IMG/VR virus record: IMGVR_UViG_3300031555_003590
Coordinates: 160,001 to 224,000 of that record
Direction: 5' to 3' (one strand)
Source of the DNA: a virus
Taxonomy: Duplodnaviria; Caudoviricetes
Length of the DNA: 64,000 nt
Below the pieces are notes generated by a model that had not been told where the DNA came from, searched no databases, and saw only the letters and a program-made list of their open reading frames with translations. Below are positions 39,028 to 49,000 of the stretch, one piece after another. Made by a program: the position numbers and the translations under genes. Positions within the stretch are counted from its first letter, which is position 1. Each line of letters begins with the position of its first letter.

Positions 39028-40164
39028 TTAACTATTAGGGGGAGGTAGTATAAATCCTTGACCCATTCGTAAAGTTAGATTCTTAATATCATCAATTGAA
39101 TTAATATTCATTCGTTCAAACATTGAACGTTTTTTACAGGTATAATTAAATTCATCATCTACAGGAATATATAATCCATCAATATAATGATATTCAGAAG
39201 TTCTACTAAATGCTTTTTCTTTTGCAATACCGCCAAATGCAATCATATTACGATTATCCATTTGATCTTTAGTTTTAGTTTCACTAAGTACAGGATGATC
39301 AATAACAAATTTAGAATATTTATCAGTCAAAAAAATATATGGCCTATCCATATGACGAATAATATCCATCTCATCTAAAGAAAATCCAATATCGCCATAA
39401 TTTAAATGATAATCTTTATTATTATCATTGAATTCTTTAATAATTATGCGGAATTTTTTAGAAATATTATAATAATCTTCTTTATAATTAGGAGATACAG
39501 TCATTCCATCTGGATGTACAATGTTAGCCATTAATTCTAAATCTTCTTTAAAAATATCCCAATTCTTAGGATCTTGACCATTAAACATTGCTACCAAATC
39601 ACAATTAACATATAAACCATGTTTTTGGAATTCGTGTACAATCTCAGCTAATCTTTCAGGACTAACATGAATTCTATTTTGTCCTTTACATGCTTCTTTA
39701 TTGAATGATTGAATACCAATACTAATATGATGATATTTCATTGTATGAATCATAAAATCCATTCTTTCATCAGTCATATCAATAGGATGAATTTCTGTAC
39801 GTCTAATTCCAAATTTATCATAGTTAGGAAATATTTCAGTCATTCTTTTTAATGAATCTAATGTCCATAAACTAGGAGTTCCTCCACCAAAAAACATTTC
39901 AGATATATTTAATTTTCCTATAATTGGAGACATTCTTTCCATCATACGTAGAACAGCATTTTCATATGGAACAATTAAATGTTTATGATCATCATATTTT
40001 AATGCACCAAAAATGCAAAATTTACATACAGAACGACACCATGGATAATGTATATAAATACTTACATCTTCTCCTGCTTTCATTTCATGTTCTTCAAAAT
40101 ATTCTTTCCAAAATTGAACAAAATCATCTTCAGTTAAATATACTGGATATGTATCAAATTTCAA
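39028..40164 (-). CDS. HemN-like radical SAM protein
   Basis: IYIHYPWCRSVCKFC, FGGGTPS, ISIGIQSFN, VNCDL; TTG start. Confidence 0.88.
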   Translation of the reverse strand: MKFDTYPVYLTEDDFVQFWKEYFEEHEMKAGEDVSIYIHYPWCRSVCKFCIFGALKYDDHKHLIVPYENAVLRMMERMSPIIGKLNISEMFFGGGTPSLWTLDSLKRMTEIFPNYDKFGIRRTEIHPIDMTDERMDFMIHTMKYHHISIGIQSFNKEACKGQNRIHVSPERLAEIVHEFQKHGLYVNCDLVAMFNGQDPKNWDIFKEDLELMANIVHPDGMTVSPNYKEDYYNISKKFRIIIKEFNDNNKDYHLNYGDIGFSLDEMDIIRHMDRPYIFLTDKYSKFVIDHPVLSETKTKDQMDNRNMIAFGGIAKEKAFSRTSEYHYIDGLYIPVDDEFNYTCKKRSMFERMNINSIDDIKNLTLRMGQGFILPPPNS

Positions 40165-40166
40165 AT

Positions 40167-40985
40167 TTATTTATCTCCTTTCATTTCATTTACTAATTTA
40201 GCAAACTTTTTTGGAAATGAGCAATGATGTTGAAGTATGCATGGTTTACAAATACTAGCTCTTTCACATGTATAACATTCCATAACCATAGCAGGTTTTA
40301 CATCATGAGGACATTTATGAGTTAATGTCCCATCAGGATTTAATGTATAAACTCCACTACAATCAAAGTACCAATGATTTATTCTATCTGCAATTTCATT
40401 TGGAATATCTGATCTCCATTTAGTATATAATTCACATAAAAAATCGTCTACTCTTTCAAAATATTTTGAATCCATATTTCCATTATAATGTTCTAATTTA
40501 ATACGTTTAAACATTGAAGCATTCCATTGATCAACTATTTTTAAAAAATTATCTACTCCAAAATTAAGAAGATCATCATCCATTGTAATTAATAATGAAG
40601 GTTTTACTTTAGTTATTCCGCTTAATTGTTTGCAATTATTATACCAAACATCATATTGAATTTTAGTAAATCTATTAGGATTCCATGATGTAGCAACACT
40701 ACCTAATTTATTATAATATTCAATTAATTTATCATTCAATATCATTAAATTGGTAGAAATAGATGAAATCTTTTTATTATTAATTTCACATTCATTTATA
40801 ATATCAAACATTCTATCTTGATAGATAGTAGGTTCTCCACCAAATAGAATTATTCTTCCATCAAATGATAATAATTTTTCTAAGAATTTTTCTTTATTAA
40901 AATCATCTTCAAGTTTATATACATCACAATGAGGACAGGATAAATTGCATTGTCTAGTTATTAATGCATATAAAGTTTTTCCCAT
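40167..40985 (-). CDS. radical SAM protein with Cys-rich SPASM-like C-terminus
   Basis: CNLSCPHC, FGGEP, C..YTLNPDG...CP, CYTC.....CKPC.....C. Confidence 0.9.
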   Translation of the reverse strand: MGKTLYALITRQCNLSCPHCDVYKLEDDFNKEKFLEKLLSFDGRIILFGGEPTIYQDRMFDIINECEINNKKISSISTNLMILNDKLIEYYNKLGSVATSWNPNRFTKIQYDVWYNNCKQLSGITKVKPSLLITMDDDLLNFGVDNFLKIVDQWNASMFKRIKLEHYNGNMDSKYFERVDDFLCELYTKWRSDIPNEIADRINHWYFDCSGVYTLNPDGTLTHKCPHDVKPAMVMECYTCERASICKPCILQHHCSFPKKFAKLVNEMKGDK

Positions 40986-41001
40986 ATAATAATACCTCCT
41001 A

Positions 41002-41982
41002 TTATAAAATCCATCCAGATTTAAGGATTCTAGATTCTAATTTTTTCATTTCAGTACAATAATTAGGATCTAATTTTGCTTCAATACGATTAACTTCACA
41101 TCCATTACATAAATTAAATAGTTCACAATATGCGCATTCTTTTGTAATAAAATCATTATAATTAATATGCTCATATTTAGGAATATAATCTGGATTAATT
41201 AATTCATCTTTAGGAATTTCAATACCCATTGATAATTTTTCATCGCATGTTCCAACATGCATAATATCATTATTATCAATATATACACATCTGATTGTAG
41301 AATTGCAAGAATGTTGAATATTATATGGACAAGTCCCCTTATGTCTATATTTACAATTCCATTCATAATCTTCAAGTCCAGCATCAATAATATCTAAATA
41401 ATGTTTCATCATTTTATATCGTTGATAGCCGATAGACTGATAACCAACTCCAACAGCTCTATTCAATTTACAAATAGTACCTAAACGTTTTGCTAATAAA
41501 ATATGATCCATGACAGTATTTTCATTGTCATCATCAATTACTGCAATAAACATTGGAACTCCTTTATCAGGTACATATTTTTTAAAACGTTCAATTACAT
41601 CAATGAACATTTCTTCAGTAAATATAGTATCTTTATTCCATCGTCTAGTATTACCATAATTAAATGAAGTAGTAATTTTAAACCATTTTTCATTAAATAA
41701 TGGAGCCCATTTTTCAGGATGAAGATAAAAATCTTTCAAGTTAGTAGTAGGACTAATATTTACATTAGGCATTAATTCATGTAATTCATAATAATAATCA
41801 GGTTGCATTAATAAAGGTTCTCCACCAGTAATAATAATTGTGGTAGGATTCATTTGTTTAATTAATTCTTTAATCTTATTAGGAACTTTTTCATCTTTAG
41901 GATGTTGAATTGTCATATCACCAGCAGAACAAAATGTACATGAAAAATTACATCTGCCAGTTGGTTTAATAATTAATTCCAT
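41002..41982 (-). CDS. radical SAM/SPASM protein (anSME/peptide-maturase-like)
   Basis: LIIKPTGRCNFSCTFC, TGGEP, CPY.....C, GTC, CAYCELFNLCNGC...C. Confidence 0.92.
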   Translation of the reverse strand: MELIIKPTGRCNFSCTFCSAGDMTIQHPKDEKVPNKIKELIKQMNPTTIIITGGEPLLMQPDYYYELHELMPNVNISPTTNLKDFYLHPEKWAPLFNEKWFKITTSFNYGNTRRWNKDTIFTEEMFIDVIERFKKYVPDKGVPMFIAVIDDDNENTVMDHILLAKRLGTICKLNRAVGVGYQSIGYQRYKMMKHYLDIIDAGLEDYEWNCKYRHKGTCPYNIQHSCNSTIRCVYIDNNDIMHVGTCDEKLSMGIEIPKDELINPDYIPKYEHINYNDFITKECAYCELFNLCNGCEVNRIEAKLDPNYCTEMKKLESRILKSGWIL

Positions 41983-42034
41983 ATATTAATATCCTCCAAT
42001 TAATTCAATATTTTACATAAAATGTTAAAACGAT

Positions 42035-42074
42035 TGATATAGATTATATCCCAAATGGGATATAATCTATATCA
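42035..42074. terminator. 18-bp perfect stem hairpin
   Basis: tgatatagattatatccc-aaat-gggatataatctatatca. Confidence 0.65.
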
Positions 42075-42080
42075 TTAATA

Positions 42081-43316
42081 TTATTGAATCATTGATAAAC
42101 GTTTTAATGCATCAGCAATATCTGCATCAATTTGATTCTGAACTTCTTGATGTAATTTAGTATGAAGTTCTTCCGGTGATAAATTTTCATCATCATTTAT
42201 TTCAGATATCGTATTATTTGTAATATAAAAATCCATCGAAGTTTCATTATTTTTAATATAATTATAAATAGGACCTGAATAATTTTCAGAATATTCAGAT
42301 GGATTTTGTACAGATGATTCTAATTTATCTTTTTCAGCTGAATTAGTAAAAATAAAATATGGATTACAAATATTATTGATTATTTTATACATGTTATCAT
42401 CGGTATTTAAATCAGAAATATGAGCATTAATTATATCACAAGGCCTCATACTAATAAGCATATCACTTTCAATATTATTCTTCATTAAATAAATTACTGC
42501 AGGAATTACAGGTAATTTTAAAAATTGAGCAATGATTAATTTGATATAATCATCATCCGACGCAGATGTAATTTTACCTTGAGAAATTCTAAAATATAGC
42601 GGTGCAGTTAATCCATTTTTACAAATAGATTCAAACATTTCAAATACTTCATCAGTAGTTCTACCTGCAAATCCTAATTCTTTTTTATTAATATCCCAAT
42701 AAAAAATATTTTCAGGGATATCTTGTTTAGAATAATATTCATAAGGAAGATTTACACATAAAGCTGGAAATTTATACATATATTTATTAATTTTAATATC
42801 ATCATAATATACACTTTCTGTAAACATTGCATATTTAATTTCATCTGAAATTGTTCCAAAAGGAAGTGAATCATTATATACTTCAATATCTTTTTCACTT
42901 TGAATTTTAATTTTATCTAATACTTGTCTAAATGGAATTTTACAATTATTTCCATTATAAATGTTTAAAATCATATCAATATTACCAAACTTAACTGCTC
43001 TAAAATAATCAAAAGTAGGAATAAATATATCTGCATTACTAAAATATTCAGATACTTGATATCCATCAACTAGATCTGTATATTTCGATGTATCTGATTC
43101 TTTTAGACCATCTTCATATTTTAATAAAAATTTAGGAAGATTAATTTCTTTTTCAGATAAAATTTGTTTTACTTCATCTGCAGTTAATTTAATTACTTGC
43201 TTTGTAGAACGATGACGAAGAATATCAGTGTTACATTTAGATACAAATGCTTTATCTAATGTCATAACTGGAAGTTTAATTTTAGATTTTAATTCAGAAT
43301 AAATAATATCATTCAT
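42081..43316 (-). CDS. hypothetical protein, possible degenerate ParB/Srx-like domain
   Basis: 411 aa; ESICKNGLTAPL...IAQFLKLPVIPAVI. Confidence 0.7.
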   Translation of the reverse strand: MNDIIYSELKSKIKLPVMTLDKAFVSKCNTDILRHRSTKQVIKLTADEVKQILSEKEINLPKFLLKYEDGLKESDTSKYTDLVDGYQVSEYFSNADIFIPTFDYFRAVKFGNIDMILNIYNGNNCKIPFRQVLDKIKIQSEKDIEVYNDSLPFGTISDEIKYAMFTESVYYDDIKINKYMYKFPALCVNLPYEYYSKQDIPENIFYWDINKKELGFAGRTTDEVFEMFESICKNGLTAPLYFRISQGKITSASDDDYIKLIIAQFLKLPVIPAVIYLMKNNIESDMLISMRPCDIINAHISDLNTDDNMYKIINNICNPYFIFTNSAEKDKLESSVQNPSEYSENYSGPIYNYIKNNETSMDFYITNNTISEINDDENLSPEELHTKLHQEVQNQIDADIADALKRLSMIQ

Positions 43317-44055
43317 CTATATCTACCTCTTCTTCTTGTATTAATAAATTATTTATTTTATCAACAAAATCATTTTGAACATCTTCAGGAGCAAAGAAAA
43401 TATTTAAAAGATTAATAACTGGAAGATTTTTATTAATTCTAGCAATTGAAATTTGATCTTCTCCATCAAAATACTTACTATAAAATTTCATATTAGAAGT
43501 ATCTACATTTTGGAATATAATTCCAAAATATTTTGATATCGTTAAACGTGAGAAATTTTTAAAATTAATTTCATCATAATCAGTATTTTCAAATTCTTCA
43601 TCAAATTCAATCATATCAGATCCAGTCGCACCTGATTTAATATATTTATATATTCCCAATACTGTAAGTGATGCAATTAAATTATATATATTATTAATTA
43701 ATTCTATATTTCTAATTTTAAATAAATCAATTTCACTTGAATTTAAAATTCCAGTAATATCATTATCTAAATATTTAGATAATAAAATATCAATCCATGT
43801 ATCAATCATTTCTTTATTCATACTAGATATATCGCCAGTCATAAACATTAAAATGAATTTCTCTTTATCTTCATATGAACATTTACTGAAGTCTAAATTA
43901 AGATCAAGATCAATATTGCGTAAAAAAATAAATGTTGCTCTAATTTTTACATCATCGTTACAGGGGAATTGTAACTGACTCATATCAACAGGGATGCTTG
44001 TTATATCTGGTAAATCTAATAATGATAAATCAAATGGTAATGTTAAATATTCCAA
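43309..44055 (-). CDS. hypothetical acidic protein in radical SAM cluster
   Basis: 248 aa, TTG start after AGGAGGT, overlaps next gene. Confidence 0.75.
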   Translation of the reverse strand: MEYLTLPFDLSLLDLPDITSIPVDMSQLQFPCNDDVKIRATFIFLRNIDLDLNLDFSKCSYEDKEKFILMFMTGDISSMNKEMIDTWIDILLSKYLDNDITGILNSSEIDLFKIRNIELINNIYNLIASLTVLGIYKYIKSGATGSDMIEFDEEFENTDYDEINFKNFSRLTISKYFGIIFQNVDTSNMKFYSKYFDGEDQISIARINKNLPVINLLNIFFAPEDVQNDFVDKINNLLIQEEEVDIDE

Positions 44056-44080
44056 TAGTGTTACCTCCTATAGAACTTTA

Positions 44081-45340
44081 TTAATCTGAATAACAATCAT
44101 CATGACAATCATCATGACAATCTCGATAACAATTATTATGACATACTGTATGACACATCTCATTAGTGTATTCATAATTATATTTACTAGTATTATTCCA
44201 TGCAGTTAAACATGCACTCAATAATTGAGTAATATTAGTGGCACTAATAACAGAACCAACTTTAATTGAATGAGATACTGCACTACCAGTACTAGTAACA
44301 GTAGTAGTACTATCATATGATGGATAAACACTAGATGGAATAGTATAATTATATACTTTAGTAACAGTAGTTCTAGTTATATAATAATTATAACTTCCTT
44401 TAGAAATAGCATTCCATTGAGTTTCAGTACCAGTATAATTTACAGTAGTTAACGATGAAGTATTATAGAATGATCTTACCCCAATACTAGTAATTGTATT
44501 TGGAATAGTTATTGTATTTAATGCTGTACAATAATAAAAAACATAAGTTCCAATTGTTTTTAATTTATTACCAAGAATTGCAGAAGTTAATGCAGTACAA
44601 TTATAGAATGCATTATTTCCAATAGTAGTAGTATTAGGAGAAAGAGTAATACTAGTTAAAGCAGTACATCCATAAAAAGCTCTATATCCAATACTATATA
44701 CAGTATCAGGCATAATAATAGACTGTAAATTAGTATATCCTTGAAATGCACTATCTGCTATACCCATTACTCTATAATTTCCAACAGTTTCAGGAATAAT
44801 AATTTTAGTTAAACTAAAACATGAATCTTTTACAGGAGTAATAAATCCAGTAGTAGCATCAATAGTAAAATAACTTTCTGGAGTTGTTGTAAAATTAGTT
44901 GTACTAGTTTTATATCCGATGTTACGTACATAATTATTGGTAAAAACAACTTTACCGCTTTTTGTAGCTTTTAGTATATACCTATCATAAATAACTTGTC
45001 CTTTAGTATATCCATTACTATCATGAGTACTTTCTGCAATATGACTTTCATGTAAATATCGTACATATGAAAATGTACCTACTCTAGTAAGATTTTTAGT
45101 AGTATTAATAATAGCATTAGCTAAAGTTGAAGCTGAAATTTTTTGACCAACTATACCAATTTCAGGTGTAGGAAGATTTGATATATCATCCATCATAGTA
45201 GAAGGAACACATTGATATTGACCTTCCATTGGAGGATTTCCTTTATGATATGCATTAGCTTTAATTGTATTTAAAACAGTTGAAGTAAATAAATTAATAA
45301 TATCAGCACGTTTAATAGCACTGCCAGCACTAACAGCCAT
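44081..45340 (-). CDS. probable tail-associated protein with BspA-like LRR insert and C-terminal (C-[H/Y]-x-x)6 tail; candidate radical SAM substrate
   Basis: LRR repeats (L.SI..P.....IG..AFY.CT.L); C-terminus CHTVCHNNCYRDCHDDCHDDCYSD. Confidence 0.75.
   Translation of the reverse strand: MAVSAGSAIKRADIINLFTSTVLNTIKANAYHKGNPPMEGQYQCVPSTMMDDISNLPTPEIGIVGQKISASTLANAIINTTKNLTRVGTFSYVRYLHESHIAESTHDSNGYTKGQVIYDRYILKATKSGKVVFTNNYVRNIGYKTSTTNFTTTPESYFTIDATTGFITPVKDSCFSLTKIIIPETVGNYRVMGIADSAFQGYTNLQSIIMPDTVYSIGYRAFYGCTALTSITLSPNTTTIGNNAFYNCTALTSAILGNKLKTIGTYVFYYCTALNTITIPNTITSIGVRSFYNTSSLTTVNYTGTETQWNAISKGSYNYYITRTTVTKVYNYTIPSSVYPSYDSTTTVTSTGSAVSHSIKVGSVISATNITQLLSACLTAWNNTSKYNYEYTNEMCHTVCHNNCYRDCHDDCHDDCYSD
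44084..44155 (-). repeat. six 12-nt tandem units encoding C-[H/Y]-x-x
   Basis: TGT CAT ACA GTA / TGT CAT AAT AAT / TGT TAT CGA GAT / TGT CAT GAT GAT x2 / TGT TAT TCA GAT. Confidence 0.9.
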
Positions 45341-45383
45341 ATTTTACACTCCTTTTCTAAAATATATTTTATAAGCTTAGTAA

Positions 45384-45414
45384 TAATGGGTGGGATATAA
45401 TATCCCACCCATTA
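45384..45414. terminator. hairpin / terminator
   Basis: taatgggtgggatat-a-atatcccacccatta. Confidence 0.65.
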
Positions 45415-45432
45415 ATTGCCTATTATTGTTTA

Positions 45433-45915
45433 TTAGGCAAAAACTGCATTAAATGCTACCCAAGCATTGCCAGTATAAACTTTAACAAGTTTATTAGCAG
45501 TATCAAACCATACATCTTTATTATTAGTTGGGCTGCTAGGTGCAGTAGCTCCTACAGTAAAACGAATACCACCAACAGTATCTGAATTACCACCACCAGC
45601 AATAAATGTTGTTGGGATACCAGATAGATCTGAATATTTACCAGTATGAGCTACAGTAGATAAACCGGTAATCATAGTATATGGGTGAGTTGCAGGGTGA
45701 GGATTGTTTAATGCTCCAGCTTCGATCCCTGCAAGTTTAGTTTTCTCATTAGTCGTATAATTATTGGTACTGAACCCAGGAGTAGAACCATTAGCCAATC
45801 TATGATTTGATGCACCACCAGAACCTAAATGGTTATCAAAGTCAGTTACAACTTTATCCCATTTATTACGTTCATCAACACTAATATGTTGTTTAATTTG
45901 AGAATTATCAGCCAT
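45433..45915 (-). CDS. short tail-fibre-like protein
   Basis: HISVDERNKWD (shared with 51996..55769), EKTKLAGIEAGA, HPATHP, GATAPSSP...VWFD. Confidence 0.7.
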   Translation of the reverse strand: MADNSQIKQHISVDERNKWDKVVTDFDNHLGSGGASNHRLANGSTPGFSTNNYTTNEKTKLAGIEAGALNNPHPATHPYTMITGLSTVAHTGKYSDLSGIPTTFIAGGGNSDTVGGIRFTVGATAPSSPTNNKDVWFDTANKLVKVYTGNAWVAFNAVFA

Positions 45916-45980
45916 TATTAAATTCCTCCTTTAATTATTTATTAAATAAATTATTAATGAGTTTAAAATATCATTTATAA

Positions 45981-46009
45981 ATAGTGGGGAGACAATGTCT
46001 CCCCACTAT
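45981..46009. terminator. hairpin / terminator
   Basis: atagtggggagaca-a-tgtctccccactat. Confidence 0.7.
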
Positions 46010-46019
46010 ATTGAGGATT

Positions 46020-49000
46020 TTATCTTACTGCAGTAATATTAATAATTAGATTTTTGCTACCCATACGGAATTCATATATATTATCAACATCAGTACTATT
46101 GATAATTACATTAAAGTCATCAGTACTAAAGTTAATTCCAGTAATAGTAGAATCAGTAATAGTAGCAGTTAAAGTTATAAGATCAGCTTCAAATGCAGCA
46201 TCTAAATCAGATTCAACTGTAACACCATCAATTTGATTAATAGTAATTGTATATTCACTATCTTCAGGTTCAGTTGTGGTTAATTTACGATAAGGAGGAG
46301 CAACAATATAATTTGAAGCCTTTCTCATAAAGATTCGAGCACCAGTACCAATTATTGGTACACCATTTGTAAACATATCAGAAGCACTATATACAGTTGA
46401 GAATGTCTGACCATTTGTACCAACATTGATAGCAGCTTGTTTATTAATTGTAACATTAGAAACCATTGAATTACAATCACGCATAAATAGATCCATACTA
46501 TTATCGCCAGTTATATTATCAGGAATTTTAATTGGTTTATTAAATGCATGGCATTCAGTCATAAAATTACGTAAACAAGCTTTTCCAGAAATTCCTTCAG
46601 GAATAGTAATAGATTGGTTAAATGATTTACAACACATCAAAAATCTTTCAAGACAACCATCACCAGTTACAACATCAGGAATTTTAATCGGTTTATTAAA
46701 GCTAGTACATCCATAAAGGAATCCATGTAAACAATTACTTCCATAAATATTTTCAGGAATAATTACATTAGAATTGAAACTAGTGCAATTTCTCATGAAA
46801 TATTTTAGACATCTATCTCCACCAACACTATCAGGAATAGTAATAGACTGATTGAAATTTGTACATCCCATTAGGAAGTTTCTTAAACAATCATCACCAT
46901 GCACAGTAGTTGGAATATGATTTAAAGATGTTAGATTAATGAAATTACGACCAAAATTTCGTAAAGAAGAAATATGAGGTTCATCTTCATTATATGCATC
47001 AACTAATATAATTTCACAAGAATTAGATATATTTCCACAAGTAACTGTAACTGTTAGAGTATTCCCAACAGACTCATTCATACCAATATAAAGTTCTGCA
47101 GATAATTTATCATCAGATGGAGTTATTTGAGTTCCACTAAAGAATAGGAATCCTTCATCAGTAGCACCTGATACAGACCATTCAATATTATCAATTGAAT
47201 CATTTACAATTGAATCATCAGTACCAAGTAATGATATGTTGAAGTTTACAGAAGTACTCGAGTAATCTTTGTAAATAGTTTTTGATACAGCATCCATATT
47301 AATAGCATAAATTTTACTTTCATAATCAGATGTATCTCCGACAGAAATTAACAGTTTCTTATTATAATCACTATTAATACCAAATCCATCATTAATAGTT
47401 GCATCAAGTATCATATATCCAGAATTATTACCTGCTAGAATTAAATAGGTTGAACTTGCATCACTTGTAGGAATATTAAGCAATTTAGTTCCATCAGGAA
47501 TCTCAGTTGCATCCCAAATAATAGTTTTATTAGTTGTATTAGTAGGAGTAATAGTAGTAATTTCAGATAAGTTTAGATATTTAGTATTATCAATTTCTCT
47601 TCCATATACATCAATTAATTTATTATCAGAAGTAAATATTGTACCATCTTCAAATAAAACATATCCATTTGGTAATCTAATATAATTTCTTACAGTTGCT
47701 ATAGAATTAACTTCTTCTAATACTTCTAATGAACTAATTTCATCAATATTAAATGTAATATCACTTAAAATACAGATTTGATTAGAAGAATCGATATATG
47801 CACCATAAGGAAGATTAATATTGACATCACCATCTTGGTTAGTTCCTAATTCAGTAATTCCGCTATCAATATTATATGTATATTCATCAGGAAGTTTAAT
47901 TGATGTTCCATTTTTAATTGTGGTTGTATCAGGAAGTAATACAATATCGTTTTTATAATCAATTACAATACCATGAGTTGTAATACGATATAATATTTCT
48001 CCATGAGTATAATCTATTTCAGGATCATAATCAAATATAATATTAGCATTAGTTAATGGATCATTACCAATGGTACCAATAGTAATATTATTCCATTCTT
48101 CTTCAGTACCAGTATATTTTATTGTAGTTAGATTAACACATTCTGCAAATGCATTGTCACTAATACCAGTAACAAGTATGCCTAAAATTACTTTTGGAAT
48201 AATAATTTCACTATATTCTTTAGCCTTTTTAATTACTCCGCTAATAGTACCGGATTCGTCAATAATTACAAGAATTTCTTCTCCAGTAGGAACAATTAAA
48301 TCACCATTTGTATCAAGAATAGTACCAATTGGAATTTCAACTAAACTATTATCATATCTAATAAATGTATCAGGGAATTGAATTAATTTAGGATCAACTG
48401 TAAATATAGTATCAGCATATTTTAGATTTAGAATTAAATCTTCTTCATCAGAATTATTATATCTAATTAATGTACCATCTGAATGCATAAATATATTATT
48501 AGGAAGAAAATGCATTCCATAAAATGAATTATCTGCATCTATAGATATACAACCATCTTGATTATCAGATGGAGTAACATCAGCAAATGAAGATTTTTCA
48601 ATTTCAGGTTCTATAAATTCATATGTTTCAATTTTATCATTAGATAAAGTAATATCTGTAACAGGTACAGTATTATCTTCATGAGTACTTTCAGTCCAGA
48701 ATTCAACTGCTGTAATTTGATCTTTACGGAAAGTTGTACCATCAATAGTAATTGTAGAATCTGAAGGTAGATCTGTACAAAGATTATTTAAATCAGCCAT
48801 ACTATATACTTTAACATTAGCTCCAGTGTTAAGAGTTAAAGTTAAAATAGGATTAGTATAAGTGGTATCTTGTGCAATTGCTCTTATAGTAAATAATTTA
48901 GTATAAGAATCACCAGCTTGACTTAAATCATACCAATCAATTGCATCACCTTGACCATTCTGTACAGATGCCTGAATAGTAAATTCGCCAGGATGATCAC

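Noticed and set aside
39028-41982. Radical SAM genes as queuosine/7-deazaguanine DNA-modification or haem biosynthesis genes
   Set aside because: No QueE-type Cx14CxxC or partner genes (folE, queC, queD, dpdA, hem) in the window, and context points to the CHxx protein; not fully excluded without the rest of the genome.
44084-44155. SCIFF peptide or canonical c-type cytochrome
   Set aside because: Six Cys but with different spacing and fused to a 419-aa protein; no CxxCH motif (only CX3CH) and no cytochrome c maturation genes in the window.
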